The notes below the pieces were generated by a model that made no database searches, had not been told where the DNA came from, and was given only the letters and a program-made list of their open reading frames with translations. Made by a program: the position numbers and the translations under genes. A stretch of 11,441 bases of DNA from a virus (lineage: Duplodnaviria; Heunggongvirae; Uroviricota; Caudoviricetes): the IMG/VR virus record IMGVR_UViG_3300023487_000022; one strand, given 5' to 3'. Shown here piece by piece: positions 5,774 to 11,441 of this stretch (its first letter is position 1; each line of letters starts with the position of its first letter).

Positions 5774-6505
5774 TCAGCGGGGACTTAACAAAAGCGGAGA
5801 CTCGCTCGACAAGCCGGCCAGTGAACCAACATCCCCCCAATTCTGGTGTGTCAGCGCCCCGATACTTACCACTCCAGGCAGCACTTCTTTGTGGTTGTGG
5901 TAGTGCCCGGACAACAATAAACGGAAGCCGATATCTTTCAGTTCCTGTGCGTCGATGCCGACATCGGGCATGGTGGGGATCGCTTTGTTGATTGAGGTAT
6001 GTACAACAACATCATGGTTGTCACCATCCAGCCCGGAACGCAGCGTTTTGAGATCGCTGATAAGTTCTGCGTAGTTATTACGCCAGCTAATCAGATGGAC
6101 GGTTACGTCGCCCATTTTGATGGAATGAGGACGTTTGCCGCAGACGATTTCCACACCGATTGAGCGCAGAGAGGCTGCTGCATTGGCGCTGTATACGGAA
6201 TCGTTGGTTTCGAGGTCGTGGTTGCCAGCCAGCATTACCACCTTGAGACCCAACTCTTTGATGATCCACTCGTAAGTTTCGGTCACGAAATGCAGAACGG
6301 AAGGTGATATAGCACCGCGAACATGGAAGGTATCACCAGCTACCAGCATGTTCTTACAGCCAGCAGCTTTCATCGCTTTGGCCGCCTCCTTCGTAGCGTC
6401 CAGTTGGATCTCCAGCCGAGAGTTAAGCCCGTCAGCGTTTGTTGTCGCAAAAGCATCCCAACGATGATAATGGGGATCTGATATTACCCCGTATGGCAAT
6501 GTCAT
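5774..6505 (-). CDS. Calcineurin-like metallophosphoesterase (243 aa)
   Basis: ATG at 6505 with AAGGA upstream. Ordered motifs ISDPHYH, GDTFHVRG, GNHD and GHYHNH match the metallophosphatase signature (D-x-H, GD-x-x-D/H-R-G, GNH[DE], GH-x-H). Confidence 0.75.
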   Translation of the reverse strand: MTLPYGVISDPHYHRWDAFATTNADGLNSRLEIQLDATKEAAKAMKAAGCKNMLVAGDTFHVRGAISPSVLHFVTETYEWIIKELGLKVVMLAGNHDLETNDSVYSANAAASLRSIGVEIVCGKRPHSIKMGDVTVHLISWRNNYAELISDLKTLRSGLDGDNHDVVVHTSINKAIPTMPDVGIDAQELKDIGFRLLLSGHYHNHKEVLPGVVSIGALTHQNWGDVGSLAGLSSESPLLLSPR

Positions 6506-6848
6506 GTGTCTTTTCCTTTGTGGTTATTTTGATACAAATTCTAAGCGTGCATAAGAGGCGTACAACCCAGACAACACGGCACACAAAAGAATATAAAGGC
6601 ACATGATAATAACAAAAAAATAAGTAAGTAAATACCTATCAGATAGGGCAGCAACGATTTCTAAACGTCACAAGCAATTTTATGAGAGCAGTCATTTACT
6701 GATGACAAGAAATGAAAAAGGAGAACGGACGGTGAAGTTGTGAGATGACATTTACGGCGTTTGCGTGCGTCGTCTTCAAACGCATCCGTCGGCCACAGTT
6801 TCTGCTCTTGAATAAAATTCACTCATGCATTAATCCCTAAAGCTCTCA

Positions 6849-6875
6849 GTGTCTTTCTAAGACACCATATTTTAT
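6849..6875 (+). terminator. Hairpin GTGTCTT-TCT-AAGACAC followed by CATATTTTAT; candidate plus-strand rho-independent terminator
   Basis: Perfect 7 bp stem, 3 nt loop, T-rich tail on the plus strand only; lies just after a 31-codon plus-strand ORF (6745-6840). Confidence 0.45.
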
Positions 6876-6901
6876 GCCCGGTAAAAAGCATGAGTTTGCC
6901 T

Positions 6902-7546
6902 TTAAAACGTCTCTGAGGGCTTCTGACGCGCTCTGCTAATGTCTATTACCCCAGCTTTTGGACGAGGGTCTACAAGATTCAACTCTTCAGCACTGTGATA
7001 CTCCGTGTCGAACTCCCGATCGACATGGCGAATGTAAATGGCTGTCAGAAGGCTGTTATCATTCAGAAAGTGTCCGTAAGATTTGCGAATTACTTCGCCA
7101 ACCTTCTCAATCTTCTCTCCGCCCATGCAGAGATGGTTAAATCGGCTGTGTTTCCGCAGCATTTCATCCACCGGGCCTGAGTAGACCTTATCAACTCTCC
7201 CGAACCGGATGATATTTCCGGTATCAGCTTCAACCAGACAAACGAGTTTGCCAGGTTCGACACGATCTCGCCAAGTGACACCAGAGCGCAGTGTGTTGAA
7301 GTAGGGAGCATCCAATCCGATGATCGGTTTACGAAATGCTAGTAGTGGCACGTAACGTATGCAGCTGTTTAGGTGGAAATGCGCACCGGCGTCGTGGAGT
7401 TTAAGCCGGGTTTCGTTAATCGGGCATTTCGAAGCAATGCCGCAAAGGTCGCAGAGCAACTTCTGTTTGTTCAGACTAGTGTTTGATTCAATGGTGTAGG
7501 AGCCATCTTCAAGACGGCGAACCCAGCGCGTGCGTTTAAGATCCAT
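6902..7546 (-). CDS. Hypothetical protein (214 aa) with a CDLCGIASKC Cys cluster
   Basis: ORF track, ATG at 7546, weak RBS. No family recognised. Confidence 0.6.
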   Translation of the reverse strand: MDLKRTRWVRRLEDGSYTIESNTSLNKQKLLCDLCGIASKCPINETRLKLHDAGAHFHLNSCIRYVPLLAFRKPIIGLDAPYFNTLRSGVTWRDRVEPGKLVCLVEADTGNIIRFGRVDKVYSGPVDEMLRKHSRFNHLCMGGEKIEKVGEVIRKSYGHFLNDNSLLTAIYIRHVDREFDTEYHSAEELNLVDPRPKAGVIDISRARQKPSETF

Positions 7547-7645
7547 AATTCTTGTTCAAATAATTTTGTCCGGGGCAACGATAACGGATAAGGCGCACCG
7601 GAGTTTGCAAATGCCTGTTTACTTATTCACTTTATTCACAGGCCC

Positions 7646-7703
7646 GATCCAATATTTAGATCCCCAGAGAGATCCTACAGAAGATCAAAAGAGATCCCCG
7701 ATC
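7646..7703. promoter_or_regulatory. GATC (Dam site) cluster, 6 sites in 58 bp; origin-like element
   Basis: GATC at 7646, 7659, 7671, 7683, 7693 and 7700, next to an AT-rich segment and just upstream of iteron cluster 1; this resembles the arrangement at P1-type origins. Confidence 0.5.
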
Positions 7704-7744
7704 GTCTCCAGCGCTTGCGGTTACTGGCTTGAGAAGGGGTTACT

Positions 7745-7846
7745 ATCCACTATAGGGAGCAAAATAACCACTGTAGAGAGCATAATAACCGCTATGAAGA
7801 GCAAAACAACCTCTCTGGAGAGTAGTCGGTATCCACTGTAGTGAGT
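7745..7846 (+). repeat. Iteron cluster 1: 5 direct repeats, about 21 bp spacing, core A(A/T)CCACT(A/G)TAG(A/T)GAG
   Basis: Copies at 7745-7760, 7766-7781, 7787-7802, 7808-7823 (degenerate) and 7831-7846. Confidence 0.8.
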
Positions 7847-8127
7847 AGGAGACAATGTTTTAACTGGATAACTCCGAGCCTGTTTTTCTGCGGCAGATGG
7901 CTGATATTCTTGGAAATATTGTAAATTTTGCGTTGCGGCGTGTTTATTTCGATCACACATTATCCCCAGAAGGGGAGTGATGCCTGATTTTGTAATTATC
8001 TGATTTTTATACACAGGCCCGATCCAGTAATTCAGATCCCTGTTAGAACCAAAGAGAACCACAAAGACCCAAAGAGATCCCCGGCCCTTGCAAACCGTTG
8101 TGCCACATGGCTTTAGAGGTTATCGAT

Positions 8128-8249
8128 ATCCACTATAGTGAGAAGAACAACCACTATAGAGAGTAAATCAACCACTATGGAGAGTAGAAAAACCGCTGTA
8201 GGCGGTAGGATAACCACTGTGATGGGTGCTACTATCCACTGTAATCAGT
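8128..8249 (+). repeat. Iteron cluster 2: 6 direct repeats at 21-22 bp spacing, immediately upstream of repA
   Basis: Copies at 8128-8143, 8149-8164, 8170-8185, 8191-8206, 8212-8227 and 8234-8249. Confidence 0.82.
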
Positions 8250-8288
8250 AAAGGCACCCAAGCCGTCGAATAAAAAGAGACATTTGGA

Positions 8289-9344
8289 ATGAGCGTAAAC
8301 GACAATAAAAACATTGCGATAAGCGAAGCATTTTCCGAAACAGACAAAAAGACCGGCGAAGTTGTTACGTTAGTTCCTAACACCAACAACACAGTTCAGC
8401 CTGTTGCTCTGATGCGTCTTGGTCTCTTCGTTCCGACGCTGAAATCGACATCCAGGGGTAGAAAGGGGCAAATGGTCTCTATGGACGCCTCCGCTGAACT
8501 CAAACAGCTGTCTCTGGCCAAAGCCGAAGGGTACGAGGATATAAGGATTGCTGGTCTTCGTCTTGATATGGATAACGATTTCAAAACATGGGTGGGCATC
8601 ATCCACGCGTTCGCCAAGCACAAGGTTGTTGGTGACACCGTCACGTTGCCGTTCGTCGAGTTCGTCAGACTTTGTGGCATACCAACAGCCAGATCGTCCG
8701 CGAAGTTACGTAAGCGCCTGGACAGCTCTCTAAGTCGTATCGCCACAAACACCATCTCATTCCGCAGCAAAGGCTCTGAAGAGTATTACGTTACGCACCT
8801 TGTGCAGACGGCAAAGTACAGTACCAAGAATGACACGGTCGAACTGAAGGCCGATCCTAAGATTTTCGAACTTTACCAGTTCGACAAAAAGGTGCTTTTG
8901 CAACTTCGGGCCATCAACGAACTCTCCAGAAAGGAATCCGCGCAGGCGCTCTACACCTTCATTGAAAGTTTGCCACCAGACCCGGCGCCAATCTCATTGG
9001 CTCGCTTACGCGCCAGACTTAACTTAACCAGCCGCACCATTACCCAGAATGCGACAGTCAGGAAGGCGATGGAGCAGCTGCGAGAGATCGGCTATCTCGA
9101 TTACACTGAAGTGAAACGCGGCAGCTCGGTCTACTTCGTCATCCACTATAGACGGCCGAAGTTACGTTCGGCACTGCCGCCATCTATGGCTACGCCTGAA
9201 GAGCCAGAAGATATCTTGCCAGGTGATGATCCGGAGGACATTATCGATGTTGCCCCTGAAGAAAAAGACGGGGAAATGGTCATGTTGAGCAAGGAAGAAC
9301 TGGCGATTCTCGAAGAGCTGCGCAAGGCAAAGGCTCGCAAATAG
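8289..9344 (+). CDS. repA: Iteron-binding replication initiator RepA, RepFIB/P1 RepA family (351 aa)
   Basis: Product contains [57 protein letters not shown] and [10 protein letters not shown], which I recognise as conserved in P1 RepA and RepFIB RepA. Flanked on both sides by iterons. Confidence 0.9.
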   Translation: MSVNDNKNIAISEAFSETDKKTGEVVTLVPNTNNTVQPVALMRLGLFVPTLKSTSRGRKGQMVSMDASAELKQLSLAKAEGYEDIRIAGLRLDMDNDFKTWVGIIHAFAKHKVVGDTVTLPFVEFVRLCGIPTARSSAKLRKRLDSSLSRIATNTISFRSKGSEEYYVTHLVQTAKYSTKNDTVELKADPKIFELYQFDKKVLLQLRAINELSRKESAQALYTFIESLPPDPAPISLARLRARLNLTSRTITQNATVRKAMEQLREIGYLDYTEVKRGSSVYFVIHYRRPKLRSALPPSMATPEEPEDILPGDDPEDIIDVAPEEKDGEMVMLSKEELAILEELRKAKARK

Positions 9345-9347
9345 CCC

Positions 9348-9947
9348 AACCACTGTAGAGAGTAAAAAGGCTCACTATCTACTGTAGTGAGCCTTTTTGT
9401 TTATCGGAAATGCAATATCCACTGTAGTGAGTAAAAGAAACCGAAGAATAACCACTGTAGGCAGTGCGCACAAATCGCGAAGTAAATGTTAGTGGTTGCA
9501 AACATAGATAAAACAAGGGCTGAGAGGTTAGCGGTCACTGGGTATCTCTGTTAAGTCTACTCTCTACAGCGGTTATCGTCGCTCTCCTCATTGTTGACTA
9601 TCCACTGTGAAGAGCAGAATTGGCTGACTTGACCTCTATCCACTGTAGTGAGTGGATATCCGTTTAAAACAGCGAAGATTTACTCTCCATAGTGGATATC
9701 CGCTGGAGGGGGCATTCCATCACTCTCTATAGTGGTTGTTTGTAGTCAGTGAACGCCTGTTTACTCACTACAGTGTATAGCGACCCCGATAATCACCAAT
9801 TTACTCACTACAGTGGATAGTTGATATCGTGGCAGAGGGTTTGCTCACTACAGTGGTTGGGGTGCATACCTGAAGGGTGTTCTACTCGCTACAGTGGTTA
9901 TGAGCCGGATTCACACGCGGTGAGCTGGCTACTCACCGCAGTGGATA
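9348..9947. repeat. Downstream iteron array, about 14 copies in both orientations (incA-like)
   Basis: Direct copies at 9348-9363, 9378-9393, 9417-9432, 9450-9465, 9598-9615 and 9638-9653; inverted copies at 9559-9576, 9682-9701, 9721-9738, 9763-9780, 9803-9820, 9843-9860, 9884-9901 and 9930-9947. Confidence 0.8.
9369..9402 (+). terminator. repA rho-independent terminator: GGCTCACTA-TCTACTG-TAGTGAGCC then TTTTTGTTT
   Basis: 9 bp stem beginning 25 nt after the repA stop, followed by a T-run; the stem is built from iteron-like sequence. Confidence 0.6.
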
Positions 9948-9953
9948 GTGTTA

Positions 9954-10166
9954 TCAGTGGATTTTCTTCAGCAGACCCCAGAGTGTCCCGGCCTTCGTTG
10001 CGAGCTTACCTGTTTCCGGATCGTACATGTGCCATTCACGTCGCTGGTGGACAATATACCCATCTTCACGTTCCAGTCGTTCCAGTACGCCGGACTGCTT
10101 GAACCCTTTGGCACGCCAGTAGCCGCTTGTTTTTTCGATTTCCAGACCTGTCAGTGTAACCGCCAT
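9954..10166 (-). CDS. Hypothetical small protein (70 aa), translationally coupled
   Basis: ATG at 10166..10164 overlaps the TGA of the upstream gene (TGATG); the track start at 10169 is a TTG. Product MAVTLTGLEIEKTSGYWRAKGF... Confidence 0.62.
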   Translation of the reverse strand: MAVTLTGLEIEKTSGYWRAKGFKQSGVLERLEREDGYIVHQRREWHMYDPETGKLATKAGTLWGLLKKIH

Positions 10167-10501
10167 CAACTAATCTCCTTGCAGTCATCGAAAAGGTAGC
10201 TGTCGTTCTTCGCGTGAACGCCGTATACATCACCCGATTTGTTGTAAACGAATCTATCTTTACCTACGCCAGATAGTTCGCCGTTACGTTTAGTGAGAAA
10301 CGGGGAAGACAGGACGCGATCATCGCGTACCACATAAAACTGTTCGCCACGGTCCACAACCATCGCGCCGTAATTAGCTTTAACGACGTTGCGGATCAGG
10401 CCGTTTTTCGCTTCGACCACAAACATTTCGCACTCATAGACATGTGTGTCCGCAAAGACGGGGAGAGTGAGCAGCGCCAGTACCAGGGCTGTTTTCTTCA
10501 T
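10166..10501 (-). CDS. Hypothetical exported protein with Sec signal peptide (111 aa)
   Basis: MKKTALVLALLTLPVFA then DTHVYEC, consistent with an AXA cleavage site. ATG at 10501 overlaps the stop of the upstream small ORF (ATGA). Confidence 0.65.
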   Translation of the reverse strand: MKKTALVLALLTLPVFADTHVYECEMFVVEAKNGLIRNVVKANYGAMVVDRGEQFYVVRDDRVLSSPFLTKRNGELSGVGKDRFVYNKSGDVYGVHAKNDSYLFDDCKEIS

Positions 10502-10677
10502 GCCACGACTCCTTTGAAAACGCCTAATGCTGAGTCGAAGACCAGTACTACGGCCAGCGCATTGATCATCACATCATTAACAGGCGCCAGCGCTTTACGG
10601 ATTGCCCCTGTGAAGATGCAGTCGAGCACAAAGGCTATCGAGATAATAAGTAACGTGATATCTAATAAAATTTTCAT
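10498..10677 (-). CDS. Candidate small hydrophobic peptide (59 aa), not in the supplied ORF track
   Basis: ATG at 10677, reading MKILLDITLLIISIAFVLDCIFTGAIRKALAPVNDVMINALAVVLVFDSALGVFKGVVA. Its stop overlaps the start of the 111 aa gene. RBS is weak, and a plus-strand ORF (10442-10693) overlaps it. Confidence 0.4.
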   Translation of the reverse strand: MKILLDITLLIISIAFVLDCIFTGAIRKALAPVNDVMINALAVVLVFDSALGVFKGVVA

Positions 10678-10716
10678 GATAGGTAAATGCTAACTTATAT
10701 ATTTTTGCTGTAAATA

Positions 10717-10992
10717 TCACTCAAAAGTGCTGATACCCAAAATGCGCTCAAGATGGGCCGCGTCTTCATCGCTTACCAGCATTGTGTCGTCGACGTACCA
10801 GCAGCTACCGTTGTGCCAACAAACACCGTCATCATCGATATAAATAGAATCCGCATCCATTCCTGTGTATTCAACTAGATTGCGTTCAATTGCCGCTTGA
10901 ATTTCTTCATCGTTCAGCCCGTCGCACTTGATCATGAACAACGGGTAAACGTCATAGTCGGTACTAGATGAAATGCGAACCAAAGTCTTCAT
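10717..10992 (-). CDS. Hypothetical small, very acidic protein (91 aa)
   Basis: ORF-track frame 10717..11055; start chosen at ATG 10992 with AAGGAG 7 nt upstream. About 20 D/E versus 5 K/R by hand count. Confidence 0.62.
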   Translation of the reverse strand: MKTLVRISSSTDYDVYPLFMIKCDGLNDEEIQAAIERNLVEYTGMDADSIYIDDDGVCWHNGSCWYVDDTMLVSDEDAAHLERILGISTFE

Positions 10993-11172
10993 GTGCTTTC
11001 TCCTTGTTGGTAAGTACTTATCTATCTTAATGCGCGCTATAAGGCGCACAATCATTGTGTTCAGGCTGGTGGAAAGAACTTCTCCAGCGTGTGGTTGATA
11101 GCCTTATCAATGTGCATCAGGTGCCAGACGACCATATCTTTGCTTCCAATGCCGCGAGTGTAGATGAAGTGG

Positions 11173-11389
11173 TCAACAAAAACTGGCCACCGAGTTAGAT
11201 TTTTTCCAGTATCGATTTTCCGATTCATTTGGGGGTAATCCACCGTTATATTCGTGCGGTCTTAGTGCGCTGTAATATCCAACGATATAGTCCGTTATGG
11301 CGTGAGCTGCCTCGCTGAAGCTTACGTAACCCACCACCGGCATCCATTCGTTCTTCAGACTCCTGAAGAAGCGTTCCATTGGGCTGTTG
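11173..11389 (-). pseudogene. C-terminal fragment of an IS3-family transposase (OrfB tail), truncated upstream
   Basis: Reads ...SVNSPMERFFRSLKNEW...YYSALRPHEYNGGLPPNESE, resembling the conserved IS3-family DDE-domain tail (DNAxxESFFxxLKxE ... RxHxxLGxxxPxEFE). An in-frame stop at 11390-11392 sits just upstream of the conserved motif, and no other frame continues the homology. Confidence 0.55.
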
Positions 11390-11441
11390 ACGCTCCTATG
11401 TCAAGAGCGGGCGATTGGCATATGTGAGATCTGATAAAATC

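Noticed and set aside
8370-8770. Antisense ORFs inside repA (8370-8621, 8396-8770, 8548-8733).
   Set aside because: They lie entirely within and antisense to, or out of frame with, the well-supported repA coding sequence.
7745-9947. Possible CRISPR array suggested by the many short direct repeats.
   Set aside because: The repeats are 16 bp cores at 21-22 bp spacing with only about 5 bp between copies, are degenerate, occur in both orientations and flank a Rep initiator gene. These are replication iterons, not CRISPR repeats with spacers.
9821-10199. Plus-strand ORFs 9821-10102 and 9948-10199.
   Set aside because: They overlap the iteron array and the translationally coupled minus-strand genes, and have no RBS.
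10442-10693. Plus-strand 83 aa ORF opposite the candidate 59 aa hydrophobic peptide.
   Set aside because: The minus-strand reading is preferred because its stop overlaps the start of the downstream signal-peptide gene. This remains uncertain and either frame could be real.
11061-11243. 60 aa minus-strand ORF inside the IS3-family remnant.
   Set aside because: It is out of frame with the recognisable transposase tail, has no RBS and lies in degraded IS sequence.

Overview
This window reads as a mosaic accessory and maintenance region of an enterobacterial plasmid, bounded by insertion-sequence material at both ends. All calls are from reading the sequence and the ORF track, with no database searches run. 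Left edge: the terminal 103 bp of IS26, which has truncated a neighbouring gene. Positions 104-4580: an island of small, mostly very acidic proteins on the minus strand, each preceded by a conserved upstream module that contains an AAACA-N3/4-TGTTT dyad; I flag this as the most likely candidate for an undescribed system, possibly an anti-defence or DNA-mimic island. Inside it lies a 1.5 kb ORF-free stretch (1100-2435) with a GC-rich hairpin/TTTCCC repeat block and a strongly GT-skewed segment. Positions 4587-7546: a secreted DUF1311-like protein, a calcineurin-like metallophosphoesterase followed by oddly phased downstream reading frames, and a 214 aa Cys-containing protein. Positions 7600-9950: a RepFIB/P1-type iteron replicon, with two tandem upstream iteron clusters (5 + 6 copies), repA, and a long downstream iteron array in both orientations. 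Positions 9954-10992: a translationally coupled minus-strand operon of small proteins (acidic protein, small hydrophobic peptide, signal-peptide protein, small protein). Right edge: a C-terminal fragment of an IS3-family transposase. No rRNA, tRNA or CRISPR array was seen. Most small proteins cannot be assigned a family from sequence alone and are called hypothetical.
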